Below, in pieces: positions 25,751-38,600 of a DNA stretch of 64,000 bases. A program made the translations under genes and the position numbers. The notes beneath the pieces are model-generated. The model ran no database searches and was not told the DNA's origin. It saw only the letters and a program-made list of their open reading frames with translations. The DNA is from Azolla caroliniana (Eukaryota > Plantae > Polypodiophyta): the NCBI GenBank assembly GCA_043228905.1, contig JBHGNT010000014.1:16864001-16928000 (forward strand). The letters run 5' to 3'. Position 1 is the first letter of the stretch, and each line of letters begins with the position of its first letter.

Positions 25751-27159
25751 TGATAAGAAAAGATATATATTATGTGAAGAAAATGTACAGTAACTAGGAG
25801 GCTTAAGACTGGCGTTGAACCGATTTGGTTCGAAATAATGCCTTGTGCCTCCTTTTATAGTGTTCTAAGGAATACTCCTGAAGTTTCTAGAATGTTCCAG
25901 AGAAATCTGGAATATACATCAACTTTCTATAATAAAACATAAATGAAAATAATATTCCACGTATTACGGCCTCATCCATGATTTTCTTTAGACCCCTCTA
26001 CCGAAATTCACTTGCAAGGGCTTCCAAGTCTCACTTGAGTGTATAATGTTGCCTTCCATGTAGACGAGGTTTTGTCGAATTGCCTCTTGAAGGCTAGCAC
26101 AATCTTTCCTTGCATGATCAACACTATCACACCATACACATCTATATGGGTCTTTCCCCTTCGGCCCTCGACGACTCATATTAGCTAACGAAACCGCTTC
26201 GCATTTTCGTGCTAACTCTTCAATGACAGAGTTCTCCATCGCTCTTTAGGTTGGCTCGCTTTGCTTTGTCATCTCAATTGCTATTGGAGCCTTCCTTCTC
26301 TGGACTATCAAGCCCACCATGTCGGAGTCATCTAGCCATCGACGACTTTTGTCAAATCAATCACATGCTCTTCTTACCGCAACCCAATCCGTTATGAGAC
26401 CATTGGGTTGTGCTTCGTCCTCTAATAGACTATCTAGTTCTCGTCTATCTTTTGCATCCACCGTCTTTAAGAAGTACAAAACTTTATCTCCTTTGAGAAG
26501 TGTTTGGTCGGTTCTCGGGAGACCGTTGTACATTTGGTCAAATTCAGTGTACACTCCCGATGTGTTCATGTTCTTCCCCTTCTTCTCGATCCACTTCATC
26601 AACGTATGACGAGTCATCCTCGACGCATCTTCAAGCATATATTCAGCCAAAAGCACCCTTTCTAATCCCACCCATGTTGTTTGGGTGGCTTGAATCTCCC
26701 TTATACGGCCTTGTAACCCAATTGCTACAACACGCTTGAAGCTTGATATTTTCTTCTCTTCGATGACATCATGTTGTTGCATCTTCGTCCTGTATGTAGC
26801 GAGAAAATCCGTAATGTTTCTTCCACCAAATTGGGCCGTTATCTCAACAGTTCGGTCGATGCCCTTGTCTAAGCTTGCATCATTATCTCGAGCTCTCATC
26901 ATATGCTCGACACTAGCCACCAACATTGCCACTTCGTTAGCTTGGGTGTTTGTCGAAGAAGCTATCTTCTAACCTTGTATTTCAAGCACTTGATCCTTCC
27001 TACCACCTCTTCACGTTGGGTTCACCACTTTATTATGTCGTGAAAATCCGTCACTATGTGCGAATCGTGAGGCGGAACCACCGGGGTTATAGACGGGAAG
27101 GAAATAGGGCTCACACGCACAACACAAGGATGTTTTACACAAACAAGGCACAAGTATTC

Positions 27160-28170
27160 AAAGGCGTTTGTGAAAAGGAGAGGTGCATGGGCAAGCCCGA
27201 ATCAACCCCTAGTCACAAGGCGAACAAATGCACGTGAGAAAGGCTTACACAGGGACACACAAGGAAAAGGCTTACTTACACACACGAGAGACAAAGTTTC
27301 AAATGCCTTTGTGAAAAGAGAGGTGCATGGGCAAGCCCGAACGATCCCTTGTTACAAGACACGCGAACACACAAGCAAGGTTTACACACGGGAGACGCAA
27401 TTTCGAACGCCTTTGTGAAAGGAGAGGTGCATGGGCAAGCCCGAACAATCCCTTGCCACAAGTCGCATAATTACACAAGCAAGATTTACACTAACACGAA
27501 AGACACAAAAATTTGAATGCCTTTGTGAATGTAGAGGTGCATGGGCAAGCCCGAAACGCTTCCTTGTCACAAGACACACAAACAGAGAAGCACAAATGAC
27601 AATAACATATAAGACACATAAGTTTGAATGCCTTTGTGAAAGGAGAGGTGTATGGGCAAGCCCGAAACGCTCCCTTGTCACAAGACACACAAACAAAAAA
27701 GCACAAATGATGATAACATATAAGATACGTAAGTTTGAATGCCTTTGTGAAAGGAGAGGTGCATGGGCAAGCCCGAAATGCTCCCTTGTCACAAGACACA
27801 TAAACAAAAAAGCACAAATGATGATAACATATAAGATATGTAATGCCTTTGTGAAAGCAGAGGTGCATGGGCAAGCCCGAAACGCACCCTTGTCACAAGA
27901 TACACAAACAAATAAGCACAAATAACAATAACATATAATACACGTAAGTTTGAATACCTTTGTGAAAGGAGAGGTGCATGGGCAAGCCCGAAATGCTCCC
28001 TTGTCACAAGACACATAAACAAAAAAGCACAAATGATGATAACATATAAGATACGTAATGCCTTTGTGAAAGCAGAGGTGCATGGGCAAGCCCGAAACGC
28101 ACCCTTGTCGCAAGACACACAAACAAATAAGCACAAATGACAATAACATATAAGACACGTAGGTGAAACC
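27160..28170. repeat. Tandem repeat inside LTR D: 9 units of mostly 104-111 bp
   Basis: Core GCCTTTGTGAAAGGAGAGGTGCATGGGCAAGCCCGA at ~27164, 27305, 27409, 27519, 27630, 27741, 27845, 27956 and 28060. Confidence 0.9.
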
Positions 28171-28930
28171 AAACATTAGTTTATTACAATATAATAGATT
28201 CTTTTATAAAATAAGAATCAATTCTACAACAGGTTTGATATGAATATGAGAGATAATTTATAAAGGAAGGGGGAAGACAAGTCGAGGAAAGAAGAGAGTG
28301 GAATATAGAAGAAGGTGATTCTTTGTTGTTGATCCTTCTTCTTTTGCCTTCCAATTGAGTAGAGCTTCCGCATTCCTTCTCCCTCACCCCCTTCTTCACT
28401 AGAATAGGCTCTCTTATTTATAGGTTTAGGATTGCTTGCCTTTTTCCCCTAAAAAAAGCTTGTCTATATGAGTCGACTTTACTTTTCCTCCCTATTTCTA
28501 TTTTCTATACCCAAATTTCACATGCAAGATATTATTGGAAATTTCTTTGGTTTAGCTTTCTTATGCATCTTTTCTTTTCTAATTTGGACATCTAACGAGG
28601 AAATTATGAGCTTTTTTCTCTACTATGCTCCTCATATCCACGTGTGCTTCTTCTTTTTTCTCTCCATCTTTTTCTCTACTTTTGAAAACCGCCTCTAACT
28701 TAATATTCATCATTATTTATTGTAAGGTTCAATCCTTTGACCTTTTGTTTCTAAGGAATTATCTTTGGCAAAATGAAAAAGTATTTTCACTACCAATAAA
28801 GTTGACTTCACAATACTAGTTTATTTAAACTACTATTTTGCTTCTTTTTTAGGGTGGTTTCACACTCGATTTTTATTGAGTTGTTTTTATCGCAAATATA
28901 AACATTCCTTCTTTCTCTCCCTCTTTGCAT

Positions 28931-31900
28931 TGTTAGGAAACAGGTCCCTCCGGATGGGAAGTGAGAAGAACAGTGCTTAACGTAACCATATAATTAGTCT
29001 CTAATTAACCCTAGTTAATTACCTAATTACTTAATAGAACTGTAGTCCCCAAAACCGAGAAAAGTCGGGGACACGGTCAAAGTCAAGGGGGAGGCCTACT
29101 TGCTTCTATCGTGGCAAGCCGGGACACTTCCAGAAGAACTGTCGGCACTTCCGAAAAGACAAGGAAACCGACGGTACCGATTTGAAGCAGACACCGAACC
29201 GGAACGGTAAAGACCGGAAGGGGCCGGACCGGAAGAGAATGACTGCAATCACGGCAAGTGAAGAAGAGTTGATGCTCATCACTAAGGAGAGTGAGTAGAA
29301 CCTTACCGGCGATGAGATGACCTGGGTGGTCGACTCCAGAGCGTCGTTCCACCTTACCCCGAACCGGAAATGCTTCTCATCCTACTCAGCATGTGATCAC
29401 GGTTGTGTCCGGATGGGGAATGAAGGTACATGCTGAATTGTCGGCATAGGAGGCGTGTGGTTGACAACACCAACCGGATGCAAGCTGCTGTTAAAGGATG
29501 TCTGACACGTTCCGGAGGTTCATCTGAACCTTATATCAACCGATCGACTAGATGATGAAGGCTACACGGGTAGCATCCGGAACGGTGTTATCAAGTTCAG
29601 CAAAGGGAGCTTGATCGTGGCTCGGGCCCGGAAGGTCAACAGGTTGTACCTGATGAATGCCAGGTTATGTCCGGAGGAAGTGAACGTGGCATCCGACACT
29701 GCCGGTGAGCTGTGGCACAAGAGGCTGTGTCACATGAGCGAGAAGGGGATGAAGAGGCTTGCAGATGACAACCTCATTCCAGTGAAGAACGTGCACTTGG
29801 AGAAGTGCACTGATTGTCTGGCCAGTAAGCAAAACCGGACCTCCTTCCGACCAAGGCCACCGATGAGACGTAATGCACCACTGGAGTTGGTGCATACTGA
29901 TGTGTGTCAAGTGGACACGAAGTCACATGCCGAATCGCAGTACTTCGTGACGTTCATAGATGACCATAGCCGGAAGTTGTGGGCCACACCGCTGAAGACG
30001 AAGGATCAGGTGCTATCCGTCTTCAAAGAGCTCCATGCGAGAGTGGAAAGAGAAACCGGTCGGAAGCTGAAGGCGGTTCGAGCAGATAACTGAGGTGAAT
30101 ACCGGGGGCAATTCAAGGAGTATTGTCGCTCGAAGGGAATCCGGCTCGAATTTACCGTGCCAAAGACGCCAAAACTAAACATGTTGGCCGAGAGGATGAA
30201 CCGGACCATAATGGAGAGGGTCCGGAGTATGCTAGCGCATGCAAAACTACCCAAGAAGTTTTGGGCTGAGGCACTGTCAACGACGACATATGTAATAAAT
30301 ACATCAACCTTAGTACCCTTGGACGGAGACACGTCGCAGAGAGTATGGACCGGTAAGGAAGTGTCCTACCGGCATTTGAAGGTGTTCAGGTGTCTCACGT
30401 ACGTGCATGTAGCTAAGGACCGGAGAGGAAAGTTCGATCGGAAGACCCGGCCATGCATATTCCTCGGTTACGGCGACGATGAGTTCGGCTACCGAGTGTG
30501 GTACCCGGTCGACAAGAAGGCATTCCGGAGTCGAGATATTATCTTCATGGAGGACAAGACGCTTGCCGACTGGGAGTCCGAGAGGAAGGTAATGAACTCC
30601 GAGTCGACCGGTAAGGATCGATTCTACGATGAGCAGACCCAACCGACAAGAGACCGGTTAGCACCTGATGAACCGGCCGGTTATGGTGAGGATACCGAAC
30701 CGACAGAAGAAGTAGAGGAAGTTGAAATCGGAACCGGCCAAGACCCCGAATCGGATTCGGATGAAGAACAAATAGTGGAGCCGGTTGCCGAAGGTCAAAG
30801 ACGGAGATATCCTCTCAGAAAGATAAGGCCCCCCCGAAGATTTCCGGATGCAGAGCATGTGCTGCTGACCGATGAGGGGGAGCCGGAAAGCATCGAAGAA
30901 GCGAAGGAAGACACCCACAGCCGCAAATGGTTAAGTGCCATGCAGGATGAGATGGATTCCTTGCATGAGAACCATACGTACAAATTGGTGGAGTTGCCGA
31001 AAGGAAAGCAGGCACTCTGAAACAAGTGGGTGTACAAGTTGAAACCAGGAGATGCCGGCAACCCCCCGAGATACAAAGCCAGGATTGTGGTGAAGGGGTT
31101 CCAGCAGAAGAAGGGCGTGGACTTCGACGAGATATTTTCCCCTATAGTAAAGATGACCTCCATCCGGACGGTGCTGAGTATAGCGGCAAGCATGGACCCC
31201 GAGGTAGAGCAGCAACCGGAAGGATTCGTGAAGAAAGGGAAGGAGCACCTGGTTTGTTGGTTGAAGAAGAGCCTATACGGACTGAAGCAGGCTCCCCGAC
31301 AATGGTACCGGAAGTTCGACTCCTTCATGACCGATCAAGGGTACCACAAGACGCAGGCCGATCACTGCGTGTTTGGGAAGAAGTTCGAAGGAGGCGACTT
31401 CCTGATACTCCTTTTGTACGTGGATGGGATGACATGTTGATCGTCGGATGGGACCAAGCCAAAATACGGATGCTGAAGAAGGCTCTCAACCGAACTTTCG
31501 CAATGAAAGACTTGGGTCCGGCAAGACAGATGTTGGGGATGCATATCATCCGGAACCGGCCAACGAAGCAATTGTGGCTGTCACAAGAGAAATACGTGAC
31601 AAAGGTGCTTCAGCGGTTCAACATGATAGAAGCAAAACCGGTCGGATCGACACTCCCGGCAAACTGCAGATTATCCGGTAAGCAAAGCCCGAAGACGAAA
31701 GCAGAGAAGGCTGATATGATGAAGGTTCCATATGCCTCTACCGTCGAGAGCTTAATGTACGCAATGGTGTGTACCCGACCAGATATAGGATACGCAATCG
31801 GAGTGGTGAGCCGGTTTATGAGCAACCCCGGCAAGGAGCACTGGAACGCGGTCAAATGGATACTCTGGTACTTGAAGAGCACTTCGAACATGTGTCTCTG

Positions 31901-32442
31901 ATTCGGCTCCGGTAAACCTCAACTTGATGGTTTTAATGATTCGGACATGTCGGCTGATGTGGATACCAGCCGGTCTACATCCGGGTATGTAATAACATAT
32001 GCAGGGGGAGCTGTTTCGTGGCAGTTGAGGCTGCAAAAGACGATTGCGTTGTCAACGACGAAAGCGAAGTACATGGCGGTTGTGGAAGCCGGCAAGGAAA
32101 TACTATGCATGAAGGACTTCATCGGAGAGCTCGGTATCCGGCAAGATGAATACCGGCTCTATTGCGACAGTCAAAGTGCCATCCTCTGTTGTAACCACCG
32201 CTTGTGGCGAAGATAGCAAGCTCGAGGTCATTGCCTCGGTGCTTTACTATTGTACATTGTGATATAGTGATAGTTTGCAGTCTGTGGGCTGCGGTGGTTT
32301 TTCCCTAGTTTGGGTTTTCCACGTTAACATTCTGTGTACTCTTCTCTTCATTGTGTTGTGCATACCTTACCTGTTTTTCTGTGTTTGATCCTAGACTCGG
32401 TTGTGGCCGAGCCTTGTGCTTAGGGAGCATGTATTCCTGTCA
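28931..32442 (+). mobile_element. pol: Ty1/Copia element with internal deletions (gag end, PR, GAG-pre-INT, INT, RT, RH)
   Basis: TG...CA termini; TSD TGCAT/TGCGT within the chromovirus A protease-RT linker; CFYRGKPGHFQKNC, WVVDSRASFH, LWHKRLCHMS, LVHTDV, YGLKQAPRQW, SDMSAD..STSGY. Confidence 0.85.
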
Positions 32443-34163
32443 TGCGTAAGTTTTCCAGAGATATTGTTGAGATCTGATGGCATTCTAAATTTGGGTTATA
32501 AGCAATAGGGGAATTTGATATATGGTTTTTCTTGAATTCTAGGATAACTCGTTTCCTCCAGTCAATTTGGGGGTTGTGAAGGTCAAACCAAGCTAGACCG
32601 AAGACAATCAGATGCTCGAGACTATGTATGATATTGAATGAGATGACACAAGCTAAATCACTGAGAACTACACGAACTGATTCAAACTCTTCAGTTATAT
32701 CTCCGGAGGCAATGGGTCGACCATCTATGATTGTGACAGATACTGGACAATGCAATGGTTTTAATAAGATATTATGTGTCAAGGAAAAATTTCGGCCCAT
32801 GAAACAAGAGTTGGCTCATGAATCTAAGAGAGCATATGCGAAGACCTAATGACATCTAGAGGTACTAAGCTCAACTTGTGCCGCAAAAACCCTATTAACT
32901 TGGTTCGATGAAATGGAACCATTATTATGGACTAACTCTACAAATTGTGGGTTATCCAGCCAAATGGCTCCTATTTGGCTAGATTTACTCGTTCAACACC
33001 TCATCGAGTTGGCTAAGTACTTCAAAACGATTTGAAGGTGTAGGGATACGAGGATTGCTAGATGTATTTGGAAAATCAAGATCCAATTTACTACTAGCAC
33101 TTGGTAAACTTGACGCCTAGGTCAATCAGGACAATTTATCGTTATATGTCCTAGACAACCACAATATAAACATCGGTGGTTCGCCCGACGTCTCTGCTTT
33201 TCAGTTGTATAATCAATTTCCATTGGAGTAGGGCCACTTATTGGGTTAGAAATAGGGACTTGCATAGTTCCAGATGTATGTAGTATTGTTACCGATGCAT
33301 ATGTCTACTCTGATCGAAGTCGAGACCATTGTTGACGCTTAGAGCGTCGTTCGAATAATCGATTGTCACATCGTACAACTCGACTAATCGCCTCAGTAAG
33401 AGAGATTTTGGATCTTCATGAAAAGTGAGAAGCAAGTCTTTCACATCATTATGAAGTCCTTCTCGAAATTGATCCATGAATGCCTCTTCGTCCCAAGGAA
33501 TGTCATATGCAAGAAGGAGAAAATCAGCCGCATAGGCTGAGGCTGGGAGATCCCCTTGTCGTAACCTTCGAATCTTATTAATAGTTGTTCTCATGCTATC
33601 GGTATCTCCAAAAGAAGCTTGGAACTCTATAATAAACTAATCAAAATTATCCAAAATAGGGCACTTTTTCTCGAGTAACGATGCAAACCAAGCCAATGTT
33701 GTACCAGTCAATAGTGTTCTGACCAACCCTACTCATGTCGAATCTGTTGGATATCGAGTGGGATGCATTTGAAATACTAGACGTACCTGATTAAGAAATC
33801 CTCGAATTGTGATCGAGTATCATCAAACTTCGACGGGAGACTTATCTTGGGTTCTTTTGTCGATTTTGGTGTTTGTAATGTTTGTTGTCGCAATGTTATT
33901 AATGTTGCTTTAAGTTGCTGAACCCATGAGTTAATTCCTCATGTTGTTGAGCTTTCTCGACATTCACTTGTTGTAAAGCCCCGAGCTGCCTTTGATTGTC
34001 TTGCTCTAAGGTCATGAACTTGGTGCTCAAGCATTCAAGATCACCTAGAACGCGCATATATTCTTGTTCACTTACTGCAGCCATGGTTATGAGAAGATAG
34101 GATGAGAGGTTCCTAGGAAAAAAAAGATTACAATGAAGAAGGTTTGGGGATTCCGGTTTAAAT
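32443..34163 (-). pseudogene. gag: Chromovirus A gag and protease, degenerate
   Basis: LRQGDLPASAYAADF...FREGLHNDVKD (Gag); IDGRPIASG..FNII..GLAWF (PR). The frameshift stem is conserved near 32955-32997. Confidence 0.85.
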
Positions 34164-34686
34164 TGTCAAGGCCATAGCTAAAGACAAGTTTAAAATGAAG
34201 AAAAGAATGAGACATAGAAAATAAGAGAGGAATGAGGGAGAAATAAGATGTTGAAAATGTTTTAACAATGACAACAAGGGTTACAATAGTAATGAGAACA
34301 AGGGTACAAGAGTATGTCGAAGACTGGCATTGAACCGAAATGGTTCATCAATAGTTTGCTATATGTTTATATAGCATAGTTTGGATACATGCATGGGACA
34401 TGCATGCTCGCTATCTCATAGGCACACATGCTCACCATTTGTCATTCATGCAAGCCTGCCACTTGGCATTCATGCAAGCATGACACTTGGTAATCATGCG
34501 TTAGCATATGTGGTGGCGACGTTTCATACTATTATATATGTTTCTTCCTAGTCTAATATAAGAATTTACAAATTAATAAATATAATATAATGTATTCTAG
34601 TGGTTGAAATGATACATCATCTTTGAGCAGGTCATGGGTTCAAATCTCTATTACGAGTCTTAGAGTTTTGGTATATGTTCATGACA
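34164..34686 (-). mobile_element. 5' LTR of the chromovirus A family
   Basis: TGTCA...TGACA termini; homologous to 7491-7951; self-priming-like PBS on its left. The right flank GACTT does not match ATGCC at 7486-7490. Confidence 0.85.
34593..34647 (+). promoter_or_regulatory. tRNA-like Pol III A/B-box module in LTR U3, antisense to the element
   Basis: TATTCTAGTGG(TT) at 34593 and GGTTCAAATCT at 34637, starts 44 nt apart. Confidence 0.55.
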
Positions 34687-37186
34687 GACTTCCAAGGACC
34701 ATCAGGAACTTGTAAGGGTTGGAGTAAACCATACGGTCGATGCTGAGGACACTTCAACCGACAACATGCATCACAACTGCGAATGTAGTCCTCAACATAA
34801 TTACAACGATGCATCCACCAATAATTTCTAGAAACTAATTCCAAAGTTTTGTGAACTCTAAAATGTCCAACCATTGGCATGTCATGCCAGTGTTGTAAAA
34901 TAAGTAGTCGAGAACGACCATCAGGGACATAAAGTAAATTATTTCGAAAAAGTAAATTATCATGCCAACTGAACTGATTATAATCTTTATGAGAATTCAT
35001 AGACATTGAACAAGAAGCACGGTCTAGAATGATATGATTCAAGACATCTTGTGCAAATTCGCCTACTTCAAGATCAGTACGAATCGTACTAATAAGTATC
35101 AAGTCCATGGGTGTCTTAAAAGCATTACTGGTCATCACTTGTAAACGATCGGAACCATGGAGGATATGCTTTTGATGATCAAAAGTAGGTTCTCCTGAAC
35201 AGGGTGCCATGTACGAACGTTGAGATAGCACATCTGCCTTTCGCTGGTGTATTGTGGGCTGATACACGATCAAGAAATCAAAGCGTGTAAGAAATTGTGC
35301 CCAATGAGCCTATTGACAATTTAAGACTCGAGCATTTTTGAAATATGAACCTTCCAAGAAGTGGTGCTAATGCTCAAAAGAGTCTACAATAGCCAAAAGC
35401 TCCTTGTCGTGAATCTCATAATCAATTTCCATAGCTTCAAATTTCCGCGAATGAAAAGAAATTGGATATAATAGCCCGTTTTCTTTAGGCTGTGAGAGGA
35501 CACTCCCAAGTGCAAAATCTGATGCATCAGCTTCCAAAATAAAAGGCTTATCTTGGTTAGCATGGATCAAAATAGGAGCTGATGTGAATGCACATTTTAA
35601 GCTTTTGAATGCCTTAGCCACACTAGGATTCCATATGAATGGTTGGTTTTTATGTGTTAATTTTGTAAGAGGCAGAACCTTCTCTGAGTAGTTCCTGATG
35701 AATTTGCGGTAAAAATTCGCAAATCCCAAGAAACACTGGACATCACGCACAGATTGTGGTGCTTCCCACTCTAAAATTGCTTGCACCTTTGCAGGATCCA
35801 TAGATATTCCTTCTAGTGATACTATGTACCCTAGGAATTCCACTTAGTTGAGATCAAAACTACATATCTCGAGTTTAGCATAGAGGCCATATTTTTGTAA
35901 TTGTCGTAGAACTTGGCATACATGCTCTTCATGCTCTTCTTGAGTCCTGGAAAATATCAAGATCTCATCCAAATAAACAATGTCGAATATATCCAAGAAG
36001 TCTCGGAAAATATCACTGGCCATATGCTGAAAAACCATAGGAGCATTTGTGAGACCGAAAGGCATAACTGTATACTCAAAATGCCCATATTGAGTGCGAA
36101 ATGCAGTTTTCCATTCATCGCCCGAATGAATTCGAACTAGATTATAAGCACCTCTAAGATCGATCTTTGTAATGTATTTGGCTCCACTCAACCGCTCCAA
36201 AAGTGTTGGTATTAAAGGTAAGGCATACCTGTTTCGAATTGTGATTTTGTTTAATCCTCGATAATCTATGACCAAACGAAGCGATCCATCTTTCTTCTTG
36301 ACGAAAAATATTGGTGCGCCAACAGGAAATTTGAAATGACGAATAAATCCAGTAGCTAAATTTTCATTGATATAGTCGCGAAGAACCTTCAGCTCTGCAT
36401 GTGATAAACTATAAATTGGTCCCCACGGAGGATCTTTTCCTAGTTGAAGATCAATAGGACAATCATAAGGTAGATGTTCTGGGAGTCTAGCAACTTTGTC
36501 CTTATTGAAGAGATCTTGGATTTCTTGATACTTGGTTGGAAGTAAGGTCCTCGACTTTTGTTGAGTTGGTGTTGGCATTGTTATTATCGCAAATATAAAC
36601 ATTGTTCCTTTCTGCCCCTCTTTGCGTAAGTTTTCAACAGATATTGTTGAGATCTGATGGCACTCTAAATTTGGGTTATAAGCAATAGAGAAATGTGATA
36701 TGTAGTTTTTCCTGAATTCGAGGATAACTCGTTTCCTCCAATCAATTTGGGGGTTGTGAAGCTCAAACCAAGCTAGACCGAAGACAATCGGATGCTCGGG
36801 ACTATGTATGATATTGAATGAGATGACACAAGCTAAATCATCGAGAACTACGTGAACTGATTCAGACTCTTCAGTTACGTATCCAGATGCAATGGGTCGA
36901 CCATCTATGACTGTGACAGATACTGGACAATGCAATGGTTTTAATAAGATATTATGTGTCAAGGAAAAATTTCGGCCCATGAAACAAGAGTTGGCTCCTA
37001 AATTTAAGAGAGCATATGCGAAGACCTAATGACATCTAGAGGTACTAAGCTCAACTTGTGCCGCAAAAACCCTATTAACTTGGTTCGATGAAATGGAACC
37101 ATTACTATGGACTAACTCTACAAATTCTAGGTTATCCAACCAAATGGTTCCTATTTTGGCTAGATTTACTCGTTTAACACCTCGTC
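34687..37186 (-). pseudogene. pol: Second chromovirus A-family copy (B): gag end, PR, RT, RH, INT N-terminus
   Basis: ORFs 35844-36980, 35367-35843 and 34632-35273 (IDYRGLN, YLDEIL, EADASDF, GHFRVHKT). GTTAAAC slippery site on the minus strand at 37172-37178. Confidence 0.9.
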
Positions 37187-37618
37187 TGTCACGGACACAC
37201 CAAGCCTAGACTACGACAAAGCACAGATGACGAGGCTACGACCGATAAGGTTACGAATATGGAACTCGACATGATGGGGATAGAAACTTGGGAAGTTGGG
37301 AGCGACGAGTTGAGGAACTTAAGACACGAGGAACAATACAAGAGCATAAAGACAGAGATGTAAATCAAGGAGAGAAGATGGGGCGAAACGAGAATACTAG
37401 ATTGATGTGTCAATGACTGGTGTTGAATCCCTTGAAAGGGACCAAGGAGGTTACAAGTATTTATACTATGAGTCAAAGTACATGCATTAGAATATTCGGG
37501 AGAATATTCTAGAACCCTCTAGAACCTTCTAGTTCTAGAACTTTCTAAAAACTCCTAGAACTTGAAATAGATAATCTACTAATAACCTACTAAGATATAG
37601 ATAACATGACCATATATT

Positions 37619-37678
37619 TGGACGTGTTGGTTAGAACACAACACTTGACTATATATAAGAGGTCAAAAGTTCAAATCT
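37619..37678 (+). promoter_or_regulatory. Degenerate tRNA-like A/B-box module in LTR H
   Basis: TGGACGTGTTGGTTAG ... AGGTCAAAAGTTCAAATCT, at the same LTR position as in A and C. Confidence 0.4.
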
Positions 37679-37784
37679 TGACATGATTGTTGTCATGTCT
37701 GTGACATTATCCTCCCTTTTACGACCGCCTTTTCGAAAGCATGGTGTAGGGGTGAGTTGAAAGAGAAAACCAAAGTACGTTGAG

Positions 37785-38600
37785 GAGTGAGTGACCATGA
37801 GCAGTCCTCACTAGAAATAGGAGCACGGGTGAACGCGAGCGACCATGTGTGGTCCTCACCGGATATTGGAACACCAACTTGAGCGTGAGCAACCACGTTT
37901 GGTCCTCACCGGAGACAGGAACACCAACGTGAGTGTGAGCGACCATGTACGATCCTCACCGAAGACAGGAACACCAACATGAGTGACCAACCATGTGTGG
38001 TCCTCACCGAAGACAAGAACACCAACGGACTTGAGCGACTATGTGCGATCCTCATCGAAGACAAGAACACCAACGGACGTGAGTGACCATGTGCGGTCCT
38101 CACCGAGAACTAGAACACCAACGAGCATGAGCGACCATGTACGGTCCTCACCACAGACACGAACACCAACTGAAATGAGCGACCATGTGTGGTCCTCACC
38201 AGGAACTGGAACACCTACGAGCGTGAGCGACCATGTGCGGTCCTCACTGGGAACTGGAACACCAACGAGCGTGAGAGACCAAGTACGGTCCTCACCGGAG
38301 ACGCGAACACCGACGGGCATGAGTGACCATGTGTGGTCCTCACCAGAGACACGAACACTGAAGGGCGTGAGTGACCATGTGTGGTCCTCACCAGAGACAC
38401 GAACACCAACGGACGTGAGTGACCACGTGCGGTCCTCACTGGGAACTAGAACACCAACGGGCGTGAGAGACCATGTACAATCCTCACCGGAGACGCGAAA
38501 ATCACCGGGCATGAGAGACCATGTGTGGTCTTCACTAAAGACACGAACACCAACAGACATGAGCGACCCTACATGGTCCTCATAGCGAACTGGAACACTT
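37785..38600. repeat. 48-bp tandem repeat (~17 copies)
   Basis: Unit is approximately GAGCGACCATGTGCGGTCCTCACCGGAGACACGAACACCAACGGGCGT and translates to the 16-aa repeat SDHVRSSPETRTPTxV. Confidence 0.9.

Larger units (their letters stand above)
20841..25967 (-). mobile_element. Chromovirus C (Tcn1-like), near complete: gag, PR, RT, RH, INT, chromodomain
   Basis: 3' LTR 20841-21278 (TGTCA...TGACA) with PPT complement CTATCCTCCCTTT; 5' LTR 25594-25967, truncated; LLDFGANS (PR), IYLDDLL (RT), EADTSDF (RH), GHFGSTKT..CDTC (INT), YEVVAILDSK..YLVDWLGY..TWEP (chromodomain); (GA)n in both LTRs. Confidence 0.92.
18269..28864 (-). mobile_element. tRNA-Trp-primed Gypsy element D (5' LTR 27036-28864, gag, protease, RT; 3' part lost), split by chromovirus C
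   Basis: PBS complement TTCACGTTGGGTTCACCA 27010-27027; gag 26357-26932; knuckle CVWCDSVDHARKDC; protease LIDHGSEIN (19668-20702); RT WFTVPKKNG and PFLDEI. The host frame IMDEA|DASHVEA rejoins across element C. Confidence 0.8.

Noticed and set aside
27160-28170. CRISPR array (36-bp conserved repeat with spacers)
   Set aside because: The spacers are homologous to each other and ~70 bp long, there are no cas genes, and the context is a eukaryotic LTR.
27382-28176. Cys-rich or membrane protein ORFs on the minus strand
   Set aside because: These are translations of the LTR tandem repeat.
28720-28742. tRNA-like module in LTR D (AAGGTTCAATCCTT)
   Set aside because: It is a T-arm/B-box-like hairpin in the expected orientation, but the loop is one base short and no A box is visible upstream. 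LTRs E and F also show no clear module.
7491-34686. A single intact chromovirus bounded by these two LTRs
   Set aside because: The flanks differ (ATGCC vs GACTT) and the LTRs differ by several indels; more likely a recombinant of two insertions.
37785-38600. CRISPR array or repeat-protein gene
   Set aside because: It is a plain 48-bp tandem repeat without unique spacers; coding potential is unsupported beyond the open frames.
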